A stretch of DNA of 64,000 nt, from assembly GCF_001194135.2 (NCBI RefSeq), contig NC_068984.1, forward strand, positions 4,684,694-4,748,693. The letters are read 5' to 3'. The notes under the pieces were generated by a model. The model saw only the letters and a list, made by a program, of their open reading frames with translations, searched no databases and was not told the origin of the DNA. Below are positions 27,636-42,800 of the stretch, one piece after another (position 1 is the stretch's first letter; each line of letters opens with the position of its first letter). The stretch is from Octopus bimaculoides (taxonomy: Eukaryota). The position numbers were made by a program, and so were the translations under genes.

Positions 27636-30600
27636 ATGTGTGCGCGTGTGTGTGTTTGCGTGTGTTTTCTCACTGCTTGACAACTGTAACTTAGTGGTTC
27701 AGCAAAAGCAGCTAATAGATTAAATACCAGACTTGAAATATATATATATACTGGGGTTGATTTGTTCCACTAAAACCGTTCAAAGTAGTGCTCCAGCATG
27801 GCCGCCATCCAACGATTAAAACGAGTAAAAAGAAAAGAAATAAAAAATAAAAGAAAATAGTGAACATTCATGATGAATGTTATAAAATGGTCTTTTGTAG
27901 TTGACCAAAGTTAAGGATGATACTACAGCTGGGCTGTGACAGATGATGACCTGGGTAAAAGTTTAGAATTATCTTACTTGATACAGTTCTATATTTAAGA
28001 GATGAGGAATTATGTACATTATTTACATTATTTACATTTGATGGATATTTGTCCTCATCTTGTCTGTTGTTAACACAATGTTTCGGCTGATATACCCTCC
28101 AGCCTTCATCAGGTGTCTTGGGGAAATTTCGAACCTGGATTCTCATTCCTAAGTTATTTTTCAATGTTGTTGTTGTTGTTATTATTATTATTCAGGTCAC
28201 TACCTGGAATCGAACTCAGAATCTTGGGGTTAGTAGCCTGTGCTCTTAACCACTATGCTATATACTCGTGGGCTTATTATTGTTGATATTATTGTAAGAA
28301 TAATTGAGTTCTTTTTGTGAATAAAGGTCGGACCAATGTTGTAATTTAGTTTTGCTAATAAATAATTACAGGACTCTTGAATAAATTTTTTTCTTAGATG
28401 TTTCTTTCGCTCTCCTTCATAGAAAATAAAAAATATAAATCAAGTTGCTGATTGTAGAGGGTCGTGTGGGTTTTTAAGCTTTTTGGTAAGGGGTCACGAG
28501 TGCAAAAACGTTGGGAACTGCTGCCTTAGCGCAAATTAACTCATTTCACCTACCTTGAGAGACTACAAATGTTATGGTCACTGTCCCTTTTTTACTTGAG
28601 AGTATGTTACCCTTTAAACACGAACACTATGAGATTTGAACCCTCGAATGTTAGGTTTCCCCATCATTGAGGATCTCCCCTGAAGATCTCACACATACCC
28701 ATAAAATACTTCAGCCCCTAATCAGCTACTAACCTCCTCCAAAGCTCAAGTGAGAACCCCATCTCCCAGTGGGGTGCAGGGGAAGGCACATGGCTTAGTG
28801 ATCAGGGGTATTCAGTTCACAGTCATAAGGTTGTGTCCTTGAGCAAGACACTTTATTCATTGCTCCAGTCCACTCAGCTGGCGAAAATTAGTACCTGTAA
28901 TTCAAAAGGGCCATCCTCGTCATGTTCTGTATCACGCTGAATCTTCCTGAGAACTACGTTAAGGGTACACATGTCTGTGGAGTACTCAGCCACTTGCACA
29001 TCGGATCAACTGGAACACTCGTTATCGTAAGTGACGGAGTGCCGAGGTGAGGGTGTGATGCTCCCACATATGGGATGGTGTTGCTACTGTACACTCAGAC
29101 ACTTTCTCAGACTGTTTTCTCAAAAAGAAGCCATTTGACAACACACACCAACGTTTTCCACTGCTACTACAATGGCCTCTGCTCCTCGTAACTGGCCGCA
29201 CTTTAACCTCCTCCACTCCAACTCTTCTCTCAACTCATCATTCATGTTATGTCCCCCCCCCTCCAAGGATTGTAGGAGCACAAAGAAAACGTGACCTTCA
29301 CAAGTCCAGAGCTGACTCCTTGCCGCCTCCACAGTCCCAGCAGACCAACAATGCTCGACCTGCGGCAGAGCATTCCCAGCATGCTTCACACTGCTCAACC
29401 ATAGCCAAACACATCAAGCGCCGTCTCCGTCTCCCATGTGATGTCCTTGACTGACGAACTAGCAAAGAAAATCCCCTCTAAATACCACATTAACTCCCTT
29501 CACTCAGTTTTTTCTTTCTTCCTGGAATCTCAAGTCTTTAGTAATTCCCTCTCTGTTCTTCATTTAACCCGATTCTGTAAATTTGCAACTATTTTAAAGG
29601 AAGGAACATCGCCGTATCTGTGATGAGCAAGACAAAGAACTGGAAAATGAAGAAGGGGAGATAATTGTCTTTCTGTACTATTTCTTCTGGGAGTTATCTC
29701 CCTTGCTGGGTCTATAAAACCAAATCGCTCCATTAAATCCTAGCAGAACCGACTTCAGTTGTTGCTTAGTCCCAAAACTATATCAATTCTGATTAAAAGC
29801 TATGTTGGGAAACATTCCCGCCGTGACCCTCCCATCCTTATGTTCTTCATGCACTCTTCCACGTTATCCATAGTGTGCTTTCTTTTCTGAGACTTTGTGG
29901 ACACCCTGTATACTCGTTCATGCATAAGTATAGTTACTCTATACACAAACAACAGTTTCACGTGAAGCTCGTTTTAATGCTTAATAATTAAGAAATTAAT
30001 TAAAACCAAATAACTTTCCAGTATCTATCATATTTCCTATATTTCATCTCATAAAGGAAATATTCTATATTTGCAGGAAGGTCATCGCGCCAGTGAACAC
30101 ACCCTTGAACAATTGTACGCTGCACAACAAGAACGAGACACACAAATACAATCTCTACAAGAAATTAGTACGGTAAGAGATAACGGTGCTTCTTTCTGTG
30201 TTGTTATTCTTTCTGTTTAATCAAATCTTTGTCCAATTCCTATAAATATTTTCCTATGTCTTTCCTGCAATCTCATCTGATTTTCACGTAACAGTGGATT
30301 GCCAACTGGTTGTTGGCAAGTGTACCATTAGACATTTTAGAAAGAAAAACCTAGAATTTATCTCCTCCATTTACATTATCAGCATTATGAAGTCTGCTTA
30401 TGAATGTGATCCTGACATTAATGTCAGCACTGATCTGTGTTAGATGAATGGCACAAGACCACCCATCCAAACATAAATATATACATACAAACAAATATAT
30501 ATATATATATATANNNNNNNNNNNNNNNNNNNNNNNNNNNNNNNNNNNNNNNNNNNNNNNNNNNNNNNNNNNNNNNNNNNNNNNNNNNNNNNNNNNNNNN

Positions 30601-33600
30601 NNNNATATATACATATATATAGGTGCAGGAGTGGCTGTGTGGTAAGTAGCTTGCTTACCAACTACATGGGTCCGGGTTCAGTCCCACTGCGTGGCATCTT
30701 GGGCAAGTGTCTTCTACTATAGCCTCGGACTGACCAAAGCCTTGTGAGTGGATTTGGTAGACGGAAACTGAAGGAATCCCATCGTATATGTATGTATATG
30801 TGTGTGTATGTTTTTGTGTGTCTGTGTTTGATTCCCCCAACATCACTTGACAACTGATGCTGGTGTGTTTCCTTCACCGTAACTTAGTGGTTCAGCAAAA
30901 GAGACCGATAGAATAAGTACTAGGCTTACAAAAATTAAGTCCTGGGGTCGATTTATCCCCCACATACTGTGCAGTGGGATTGAATCTGAAACCCTGTGGT
31001 TGGGAAGCAAACTTCTCAAGTACACCAACACATCTTGGCTGAAAATGTTTTCTGTAGAACATTATAGAACAATTATCTCAGCAAAATGCTTGTTCTGGAT
31101 TTGACCTTCAGGTCTGAGTTGGTACTATCTGTGGTACCATATAGTGTTTTGGAGACAAGGTGGTACCATCAGCAGTTGACAGCATACTCTGTTGTACACA
31201 TTTCCAGCAAACAACTGTTTTCTCCATTGGTCATGCTTTTCTTGCAGACATTGCTCTAAAGATGGTCAGAATGGTTCCAATTGTTGGGTGACTGCAAAGA
31301 TCATTGCTACTGACCCTTCATCCCCTTCCAAACCATATCCAGGGGGATGTTTATAAAGATAGTTCTTAAGCAGGTGGCTCATGGTCACTGATTCAGTCTT
31401 GTAACATTTACTTTTGCAGATAGCAGAGAAACGCAAACGCCTCATTGATGAAATGGCCATAAAATATCAGAAAGAATGCGATTCTCACAGGGAATTGGTA
31501 CATCAGATGACACAGGATCATGAGGAAGAAGTGAATAAGTTAGAAGATTTATTGTCTCAAGAACAGGTATTTATCTTCTTCTATAGTCTTCTTGCTTTTT
31601 TTTATCATCATCATCATCATCATACCACCACCACCATAACATCCACCACCACCACCACCACATTCTTTGTTATATTTAAAATTAATTGAAAGAAACAGAA
31701 CATCTCAACAGAAATATGGTAACAAAAGGGTTAAGAAGAAAAATAATCAGCAGAAGACATGAGAGAAGGAGACCTCAATGTGGTCACTGTATATGCTAGA
31801 AATAATAGCCTGAACTTTCTTCAATCCACACCCTTCCAACTGCTTCTAATGTGCATCTGCCCAAATGTAGAGGTGTATTTAACCCTTTCGATACCAACCT
31901 AGCTGAAACCACCTCTGGTTCTGTAGTAAAAATGTTTTGTTTTCATAAGTTTTTGAATTAAAATCTTCCACCAAACCTTAGTCACAATTTATGTTCCTAA
32001 CATTAGCTTAATAATAACCAAGTTATTTTGCTAATTTCTTTGTTATATTTAAAATTAATTGAAAGAAACACAAAGCATCTCAAAATAAATACAGTAACGA
32101 AAGGTTTAAAATGCGATAAAGTGGTGAGAATCATTGACTTAACTTTGATCACTGATTCACCATTTTCTTTTGTAGTCTCTGTCAAAGCCACACACAACTC
32201 ATTCTTTTACTTTCTTGTATAATTCTGAAGATTCTTGTCTTATTCGTGTCTTGTTTGGTTTAAGTAATATCTATTTTATTTTGTTTAGGAAAATTGTTTG
32301 GAGTTGAATAAAATGCGCACATTTGTTGAAGAGATTCAGGGCCAGTTGGTATCGTCTGAAGAGACAAAAGGTTGGCTGGAGCGGAGACTAAATGATGCAG
32401 AGGTTTGTTATTACCCTGTTGTTGTTGTTGCTGTTGTTTAACCTTAGATTGATTTGATATTCAGTGATTGACCTAACACTCTGTAAATTGGTTGGCATTA
32501 GGAATGGCTAAAGAAACTATACCAGAATGGAATACATAAGCAAGGTGGGGTTTGTGTCCCGTCTTCATGGGCAGTAACTCCAAATAAGAACTGACCTGAT
32601 CTGAGATGATCTGTTTCAACCCTTCCCAGGTGGGCATAAAATGGTTGATAAGCTCATTTTGTGACTATGTGGTTTCAGGCCAGCCCCACTGTGTGGCAGC
32701 TTGGCATCCTGTCTTCTATTATAACTTTAGGAGTGAAATATTCTTTTCTATTCTAGGCACAAGGCCCAAAAGTTTGGTGGAGAGGCTAGGCGATTAGTTC
32801 GACCCCAGTATGCAACTGGTACTTAATTTATCGACCCCAAAAGGATGAAAGACAAAACATGGTGTAGTGGTTAAGAGCATGGGCTAGTAACCCCAAGATT
32901 TTAAGTTTGATTCCAAGCAGTGACCTGAATAATCATCATCATCATCGTTTAACGTCCGCTTTCCATGCTAGCATGGGTTGGACGATTTGACTGAGGACTG
33001 GTGAAACCGGATGGCAACACCAGGCTCCAGTCTGATTTGGCAGAGTTTCTACAGCTGGATGCCCTTCCTAACGCCAACCACTCAGAGAGTGTAGTGGGTG
33101 CTTTTACGTGTCACCCGCACGAAAACGGCCACGCTCAAAATGGTGCATCTCATGTGCCACCCGCACAAGANNNNNNNNNNNNNNNNNNNNNNNNNNNNNN
33201 NNNNNNNNNNNNNNNNNNNNNNNNNNNNNNNNNNNNNNNNNNNNNNNNNNNNNNNNNNNNNNNNNNNNNNNNNNNNNNNNNNNNNNNNNNNNNNNNNNNN
33301 NNNNNNNNNNNNNNNNNNNNNNNNNNNNNNNNNNNNNNNNNNNNNNNNNNNNNNNNNNNNNNNNNNNNNNNNNNNNNNNNNNNNNNNNNNNNNNNNNNNN
33401 NNNNNNNNNNNNNNNNNNNNNNNNNNNNNNNNNNNNNNNNNNNNNNNNNNNNNNNNNNNNNNNNNNNNNNNNNNNNNNNNNNNNNNNNNNNNNNNNNNNN
33501 NNNNNNNNNNNNNNNNNNNNNNNNNNNNNNNNNNNNNNNNNNNNNNNNNNNNNNNNNNNNNNNNNNNNNNNNNNNNNNNNNNNNNNNNNNNNNNNNNNNN

Positions 33601-35506
33601 NNNNNNNNNNNNNNNNNNNNNNNNNNNNNNNNNNNNNNNNNNNNNNNNNNNNNNNNNNNNNNNNNNNNNNNNNNNNNNNNNNNNNNNNNNNNNNNNNNNN
33701 NNNNNNNNNNNNNNNNNNNNNNNNNNNNNNNNNNNNNNNNNNNNNNNNNNNNNNNNNNNNNNNNNNNNNNNNNNNNNNNNNNNNNNNNNNNNNNNNNNNN
33801 NNNNNNNNNNNNNNNNNNNNNNNNNNNNNNNNNNNNNNNNNNNNNNNNNNNNNNNNNNNNNNNNNNNNNNNNNNNNNNNNNNNNNNNNNNNNNNNNNNNN
33901 NNNNNNNNNNNNNNNNNNNNNNNNNNNNNNNNNNNNNNNNNNNNNNNNNNNNNNNNNNNNNNNNNNNNNNNNNNNNNNNNNNNNNNNNNNNNNNNNNNNN
34001 NNNNNNNNNNNNNNNNNNNNNNNNNNNNNNNNNNNNNNNNNNNNNNNNNNNNNNNNNNNNNNNNNNCTCTCTAATAAACTCTAACCAGGCAGATTAAAAC
34101 TGTTGGAATGTGTTCCATTGGCCCAGTGCCAAGTTGAGGGCCATACCATTCCATCCTGATGCAGAATGGTTTCTTGAATAAAGTTCCATTTGTAATATTG
34201 CATTTTCTCTCTGTTATTTAGTATATTCCTTTATATCTGTAGTGACCACAATGGAAACAGCAAGGTGGACTTGGTCGGAGGGTCAGTGTTCTTCTGTAGT
34301 TATCTCTGCCATTATGTACAGTAAACTTCCTGATGCTCTTTCTGTTGTGGAGTGCGTTCCATAATATGTAGCATTTCTGATAATAAATGATTCCAGGAAC
34401 CAAAGAGTCTAAACGGTTGTGGTTTTGAAAGAAATTGCTAGATTTCTACTTACCAATTCTTTTCAGTTATCTTTATAAACGATAAAGAAAGCATCTTTGT
34501 AGTTGAGTTAACCTGACACATCGTCTTGACTGTATCAGGACAATTACCCCCATGACAACTACCCCCTAGAACAATTACCCCGCTTGGTTAATTACCCCGT
34601 CTCCAATATATATATAAAATTTTAAAATCATCATCATGTTGTCCTTGGGTTATTGTCTTTGGTGGGTAAATGTCCTAGACTCCATCTTAACAGTGGATTA
34701 TGGCTTCACTAAAAGAAACTGTTTTTCTGTTTTAGGCTAATTTGAACAGCAGCAAGCAGGAATTTGAATCAACACTCTTGGATTCTCAAGAAAAATATCA
34801 ACAGGAAAAAGGTGAACTGCTACAAAAGTTTGAGCAAGATCTTGAGGTATTCGTCCAAAGATTTCACAAATGTTATCTTCATTATTCTCATAGAACTAAA
34901 AACTTTTGTGTAAATGGCATTGTGATGATGGTGATGGTGATGATGTAAATATGGAGCTCTGCAATTTCATTTAATTCACTGATGATGTTTTGTGGAATTT
35001 GTATTTTAACTGAGTTGAATGAAACAAGAACTCACTCCACTGCATCTTGGGGCTAATTCCATTCCCTAGTGCACTCTCAGAGTGGTTGGCTTTAGGAAAA
35101 GCATCAGGCCATAGAAACCATGCCAAATCAGACAACTGGAACCGGGTGCCACCTGCCAGTTTACCAGCTTCGGTCAAACCTTCAAACTCATGCCAGCATG
35201 GATGATGGTGGTGATGATGATGATGATGATGATAATTGCGAACCATTCACCATTGAAGAAGATTAAACTTGCATATACGCACATCATCATTATAATGTTC
35301 CCTTTTCCATGTTTGCATGGCTGAGAAGAGCGTACATGGAATGAGCTGGATGTACTTCCTGTCACCAACCCTCAACTGTTTCCCGAGCATGGCCATATCT
35401 CTCAATGGCTGGAAGACTGGGAATGAGTGACACTGCTTATATGACAGTTGCATAACTAATTACACAATGTCAAGACGAGGTGACACAAACATATATACAC
35501 TCTCTT

Positions 35507-35551
<45 letters not shown>

Positions 35552-35793
35552 NNNNNNNNNNNNNNNNNNNNNNNNNNNNNNNNNNNNNNNNNNNNNNNNN
35601 NNNNNNNNNNNNNNNNNNNNNNNNNNNNNNNNNNNNNNNNNNNNNNNNNNNNNNNNNNNNNNNNNNNNNNNNNNNNNNNNNNNNNNNNNNNNNNNNNNNN
35701 NNNNNNNNNNNNNNNNNNNNNNNNNNNNNNNNNNNNNNNNNNNNNNTTCTTGTGAGATGTTTTAATACTCAAAGGGTTTATTATGTGACATTG

Positions 35794-35827
<34 letters not shown>

Positions 35828-36841
35828 GGAATACAAACAGCAGGAGACTCTGTTGAAAGCTGAAGTTACTCAACGTGATAAATCTATAGAAAAATTACAA
35901 CAGGTTAGTCTCGTTCAAAGATAATTATTTTGGATCATTATCACCTTTCTTTGGTTTTAGTATTTTCAGAATTGCAGTTATAAAAAAAAAAATGTTTCAT
36001 ATTTATGTCAACTCTCTCTTACATATATAAAGCAACATTGTTATACAAAGTATTATGAAATGTATTTCAAAATTTTAAGACTTAGAACGGAACCGTGAGT
36101 TGGCAGAAAGCTGTTAAGGGTGACATTAACTTACCTGTGATCTGAGATCAAATCTTGGTGAGGTCATCTTTGACTTATAACAGCCCATCATAGTTTACTG
36201 TTAATTCACTTTAAATCACTTTCTGCTTGTTTCCCTAATAATAAATCTTACCAGCCACATTTTTGCCAATTTGGTATTGAGAAATCAGTGATTCTTCAGA
36301 TGAGCAAATTAACAATTTTGTCAATGAATCACAAAACATTTTTTCTAAACAAGCAAAAAATATTTCTTTAAGCTTTTTTTTTTTTTTTTTTTCTGGCAGT
36401 TGGTTGTTGATGTATATTTGTTAAAAAAAATATACTGGATATTTATTTTATTTTTTATTCCAGGAGATTAAAGACAGCGTTGATGAAAAGAAAATCCATG
36501 AGAAGAAAGGATTAACTATGGTAAATAGTTTGTAATTAAAATTTCGTTCTCAGACCCTGAAGCATTTGGCTTTGACTGAAAGAGTTCTTTGCTGGTGCTG
36601 GAGTTCCAATTGCATGTTTTCTTTTTTTCAAATATTTTTTGTTGTTGCCTCATTGAATAAAAGGAGGTTTGGCTGTGTGGTTAAGTAGTTCACTTCCTAA
36701 TCTCGTAGCTTTGGGTTCAGTCCCACTGTGTGGCACCTTGGGCAATTGTCTTCTGCTATACCCCTGAGCCAACAAAGGCCTTGCAAGTGGACTTTTGAGA
36801 GACAGAAACTGAAAGAAACTTGTATATATATGTGTGCATGC

Positions 36842-36872
<31 letters not shown>

Positions 36873-39800
36873 TTGTACATTGGGATTGTATCCAGAACAG
36901 TTAATAAAGTGTGTGTGTGTGGAATATACCATCTGTGATTGCAGGAGAGAATGTGTAAATGTATGTACGCTTGCATGTGTTTCTGTTGCATTTCCATGGC
37001 AATCTATTTCCTCCCTCTAAACCACCACAAAACTATTTGCATTTCACTAGGGACTTATTCTCTTTAATCTAATGCCAGATATTTGATGTCATGGGACCAT
37101 TAATTCTCACACAATCCTGAACACCATTGCAAGAATAGAACTTTTGCAGCTTCTCCCAAGACACTGACATACAATCCATCTGGTCGTTGGTGTAAAAAGC
37201 CTCCATTAGCGACACACTCAAAATCACACGCCATCATCTTAGAGGACATATTGAATGATGTAGTTCTGGATTCAGGAAGAAGACGAGAGGGTCAGGGCTG
37301 GAATGCCTTTACTCGATCAGAGTTGATCTAAAGAAAACTTCGTTGATGTTTCCATACATGACCTGTGGGGTGGGGGGTGTTTGTCCTCAGTTATTTCCCT
37401 TTCTTCTACTTTTCTGTCTTTCACTTTCGATTATCTCCCCTTTCTCTCACATCACAACCCATTCTCACTAAGCTTATATTTTATTACTTTGATTTACCAA
37501 CTAACGTAGAGACATCATTCTCCATTGTTCTGCATCAGTGCCTCTTCGTCTCTCTTCCTCTCTTTCTCTCCATTAAATGACTCTTCGTTTATATTAATGC
37601 ACGTGTCTCATTCTCTTTGTCTCTCTCTCTCTACTTGTGTCTCTTAATAAAATGTCATCGGATGATATATATATATTCACCCCTGTCTTTTCGTTTCTAC
37701 TCTAGGCACAAGGTCCGAAATTTTGGGGGAGGTAGCCAGTCGATTAGATCGACCCCAGTACGCAACTGGTACTTAACCTAACGTTTCTGCCAGCTCTCTG
37801 CCGTCCCCAGGTTTTTCTTATAAAAAAAAATATGCTTCATTCAGTGTTTGTAACAGATTTAAGATTCTAACCGACTTTAAAGGTGTTTTTGAGGAAAAGG
37901 GGAAGCTTCCGACTTTGTTTTTCATTCTTTCACAATTGATAAAATAACAAGTCAAGCATTGAGGTCGATAGATTTCACTGTCCACTCTCCCCCCCTCCTC
38001 CTCAAAATTGTCTGGGTTCTTCTGCTGTTTGTCACTTTGACAGAACTGCAGTCTTGGTTCAAAGAAAGATCAAAACTTGGTACTCAACATTTGGAATGCT
38101 GTGAAACACGTACAGCCTTCTGGACAATGTGGGCAATGGGAGTTCCACCATGATATTCCATAGAGGATTAGTAAGGGGCAGAAGGGCTAACAACAATTTT
38201 GGGGGAACTCTGTGCATTGATGAAAATCAGCTGGTTGGTCTGATCTGGATGGCTTTTGGGGCAGAAGCCTATGGAGAATTTCCAGAAGTCTCTGGCCTGG
38301 AAATGCTTCTGGGGGTATTTGCCAGTTTAAGATAAACTCTTCAGAAGTGCGATCAGCTAGGCTTGCTTGAGATATGCACAGAGCAACTGAACTCTTCTGT
38401 ACACACATCTCCATTGTCTGAGCATTACTGACTTGTAGAGTTATTAGAAAATTACTATTCTTAAATCTCGCAACGAGAGATATTCAGCAACAGTAGTTTG
38501 GAGTAAAGATTATTTGCCAACATAACAGTAATAGTAATTTTCTAATTTATAGATCAGTGACGAGTTGTCACTTTGAAAACTATATATTTCGAATGGGAAT
38601 TTGGCAGCGCCACCTCTAGTGGTTGTGCTAGATTCCCTTATTCAAAAATATAAGGACACAGATCATGTCGTATAGCCAGCTGGAGACGATGTCTCCTGGG
38701 GCTAAATTACAGCAACATTCGTTCTAAACCAGGACTGCCATGTTATGTTGGCAAACAATCTTTACTCCTTGTGGAGTTATACTGAACATTTGCTGTCGCA
38801 TGCAGGATGGATCTAGCTGTCAGCTGAGTCCATTGTGAAGATCATTCTCCTGCCTTTCTTCGAATGTTGGTGGGGAAGGACAGGCAGTGTCTGTCTGTCT
38901 GTCTGTCTGGTGTCCTTAACCAAAGAGGTTGTGTGGTGGACCAGATCGAAAGTGCTCAAGATAAATAAATTTGTCTTTGGTCAAGCCCTCATCAAGGAAA
39001 ATGAAAGTAGAGAGGGAAGTGCTGCCTCCCAGTAAATTTCTTTAAAGGTTGGCATTAGGAAGGGTATCCAGCTGTAGAAACCATATCAAAACGGACAATG
39101 GAACCTGAGGTGGTTCCTGGCCTTTTCAGCCCCTGTTGAACTGTCCAACCTATGTCAGCATGGAAAACAGATTTCAAAGGATGAATGAGAGTGGCAAGCA
39201 TGGTCTGAGTGAACGAACTTGCTTTAAACATGTGCTTAGAGATTAAGCACACTGTATATTGTGGTAACCCCTGACCCCTGTTCTATGGTACGTTTCCACA
39301 CACTCTCTCAAAATAGGGACACAAAAATCTCTTCTGTTTGATTTCAGTTGAAAGATTTAAAACGCCAGCTGCATACTGAAAGGAAAAGAGCTGAGAAATT
39401 ACAAGAAAGATTGCAGGAAATATTAACGGATCCTAAAAACAGACAAGGTAAGTTGAGTTAATTCTGGAAATAATATATTGTTTGTTATTGCATGGCGTGT
39501 GTGTGTGTGTGTGTGGGTGTCTGGGTGGGCTGGATGGGTGTTAAGGAAAGAAAAGAAAAGAACATATACAAGGGTGGGCTGAAAGTTTCATAGCTGAAAA
39601 GTTCATGAGCTGACTATGAAGGAGTTATGCTAGAACTGTAAAATCTTGCAAGCATTAATTTCAAATCTTCTTATTAATAACTGCATCGTTTCTTTTTGTC
39701 TGTCAGCAAGGTGAGGCTTTCATTGAGAGGCCAGAAAGGGTTGATGAATGAATATGAAACTTCTCTGCGAAGTGAAGTTTACATGTATTTGGTCCGTTTA

Positions 39801-42800
39801 TGTGTGAGTTTAGGTATTTGATCTGATCTGTTTCTGAATGAACTTAGTTTTCTTGGTGTGTTTCTGAATTGTATCTTCATACCTCTGTCACAAGCATGTA
39901 TTTAACATAGCTACGCCTATCTATTGATATGGGAACAAATGTAAATAGATAGAATTAGAAATAAAGAACAATTATATTCATGTGAGTTGACAATTATCTT
40001 TACTATGAAATAAAATAACCTTCTTTTGTTGCAGGAGTTGATGACTTATTTAAGCCTGCTGATATTGGAGATAAAGCTGAGAGCAGGTAGGCATCCATCC
40101 ATCCATCCATCCACATGTACGTATGTATGTATATGATGGCTGTCATGTATGTCTGTCCGTGATGGCTCATAAATGAATATGACCATCATTGACAAATTCT
40201 CTCATTCCTAGATATCAAAGACAATGACTGTCAGCAATTCCAGTGCTTATGCAACACCACTTCCGTTCTCACCTACAAATCCAAATAGTTGAGAAACAAG
40301 CAAGAATGTGAATCTCTGGCTTTGCAATGAGATGAGTGTTACTTTGGAATGTCCTTCTCTCAGAAATTTACTTCAAAGGAATCTTGGGGAATGATATTTC
40401 CACTGGCTTATCGGATGCTGGGGCCTTACATCCTCTGTTTCTATGTCCTGTCACAGAAGGGGATATAGAGATGTAAACGAAGATGCAGGTGTTATTTTTG
40501 AATTTCTGTCTTTTAGAGAGATCATTGTCGTTCGTCGTTTAACGTCCGCTTTCCATGCTGGCATGGGTTGGACGATTTGACTGAGGACTGGCAAGCCAGA
40601 AGGCTGCACCAGGTTCCAATCTGATCTGGCAGAGTTTCTACAGCAGGATACCCTTCCTAACGCCAACCACTCCGAGAGTGTAGTGGGTGCTTTTTACGTG
40701 CCACCGGCATGAGGGCCAGTCACACGGTACTGGCAATGGCCATGCTCAAAATGGTGTTTTTTACATGCCACCTGCACGGAAGCCAGTCCAGCGGCACTGG
40801 CAACGATCTCGGCCTATACAAAGACTAGGAGTTGCTTATCTCAGCTACCAGATGGCTGTTGATCACTGAATTCATCGATCCTTTGATAGGCTTTGTTTTA
40901 TTTGTCCTGCAAGGGGTCCAACATAACTCACCCTTGGTAGGGTTTAGTTGCTGATGGCCTGACCATAGGTCAAGTGGCACTGGGTTACATGTTTCCAGTA
41001 GCACTAAACATACAGTATGACAAAACATACATGATAATCATTTAACGTCTGTTTTCCATTCTGGCATGGGTTGCACGCTCTGACAAGAACTGGCAAGCCA
41101 GAGAACTGCACCAGGTTCCAATTGCTTGACATAATATGGTTTCTATGGGTGGATGTCCCCTACCTAATGCCAACCACTTCACGAAGTGTATCGGGTGCTC
41201 TTTACATGGTACCAGCATGGGTGCTTTTTATGTGGCATGTATGCTTATAAAGCCATCATCATCATTGTTGTCATCATAATATCCATTGCCACCACCATCA
41301 CCCTTTAATATACCCGACATTTCTTCCTTCGTCAGCTCTGTTTCTTCATGGAGTGCTGGAGCCAGTGGAATTGGTAACAAAGACTCTCCACAGGTAAGTA
41401 AACCGTTTACAATTGTTTGGTTAATGTTGCAAAGACTGATTCTTTCAGTGTTGTTGTGTACTGTCAGTGAATTTTGAGAAGTATGGAAGTTTTCAAGGAT
41501 GCAGTGCCCTGATAGCTAACAACTGATACAGGTAGTTCATTTCATGCTTCAACAATTCCGAGCGTGAAAAAACCAGAAACCATTTCTGTGCTTCCACCAA
41601 TTTAATTTTTATGTTTCGAAAAATGTTTAAATATGTCAGCAGTTTTAAATTAACCAGTTGCAAATTGTTAGTAATTAAGTTAGTTTAATTACCTTAAAAT
41701 AATTGATATTTATTTCTTTGGGTTTCAAAAATGAAAAAAAGTAAAAAGATCCTCAAAACCCTGCTTTTTTGTTAAGTATTGATCAATCATTGATTCTTTG
41801 AAAAACAACAATTTTTTTTTTCGTCTTTTATTTGTTTTAGTCACTTGACTGTGGCCATGCTGGGGCACCACCATGAAGACGGTTTTTGTTGAATCAATTA
41901 ACCCCAGTATTTAATTTTTTTTTGTTTTTCAATCCTTTTACTTATTCTGTCAGTCTCCTTTGCTGAACTGTTAAGTTACAGGGACATAAACACTCCAACA
42001 TTGGTTGTCAAGCAGAAGTGGTGGTGGAGGGACAAACACAGATACAAAGACACACACATGCATGCACACACACACACACGTGCACACACACACATGTGAC
42101 AGGCTTCTTTCAGTTTCTGTCTGCCAGATCCACTCACAAGGTTTCGGTCAGTCCAAACCTATAGCAGAGGACACTTGCCCAAGGTGCCATGCAGTGGGAC
42201 TGAACCCAGGACCATGTGGTTGGGCAGCAAGCTTCTTACCACACAGCCATGTTCATCTCACACCTATATGTATTTCCGTTCTGTTTTATTCAAAAACTTT
42301 TTTTTCTTTTTTGTGTTTTGCAATATATTAATTCCACATGTTAATTACAAAGTTTGAAGACTAATTTTTCCCTAGTATTACTAAATACAATTAAAACACC
42401 AGCTCGTTACACACGCTCATAAGTAAGTAATTTAACTGCCTCGTTGAAAGCCAGTTCAAAGCAAACTTAATTATTTAAACAATTATACACAAAAAAACCC
42501 CAAAAGTAAACAACACCCAAAAGCGATAAATTTTTATTAAATTGCATTTGTAATCGCAATATATTTTAACGAATCACAGGTTTAAAAAGTGGAAGTGATT
42601 GATGATTGAGGATGGGATTTTTTTTATGTATGAGAGAGAGAGAGAGAGAGAGAGAAAGAGGAAGAGAGAGGGAGAGAGGAAGAGAGAAAGAGAGAGGGAA
42701 AGAGGGAGAGAGAAAGAGAGAGGAAGGTGTTAAGAGTTTTGTAAAACTTAATGGAATAGAATGGTGTGTTTTGTCTAAAATACTTTTGTTGTTATTTTCT

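Noticed and set aside
22439-30076. Missing exon in the long intron or N-gap 23200-23617
   Set aside because: Phases match (0 to 0) and total length is already near that of vertebrate GRIPAP1; cannot be excluded, but there is no evidence for it.
37960-38460. Possible degenerate reverse-transcriptase fragment
   Set aside because: Only faint motif resemblance (VPQN.., KTAVL); cannot be supported without a profile search.
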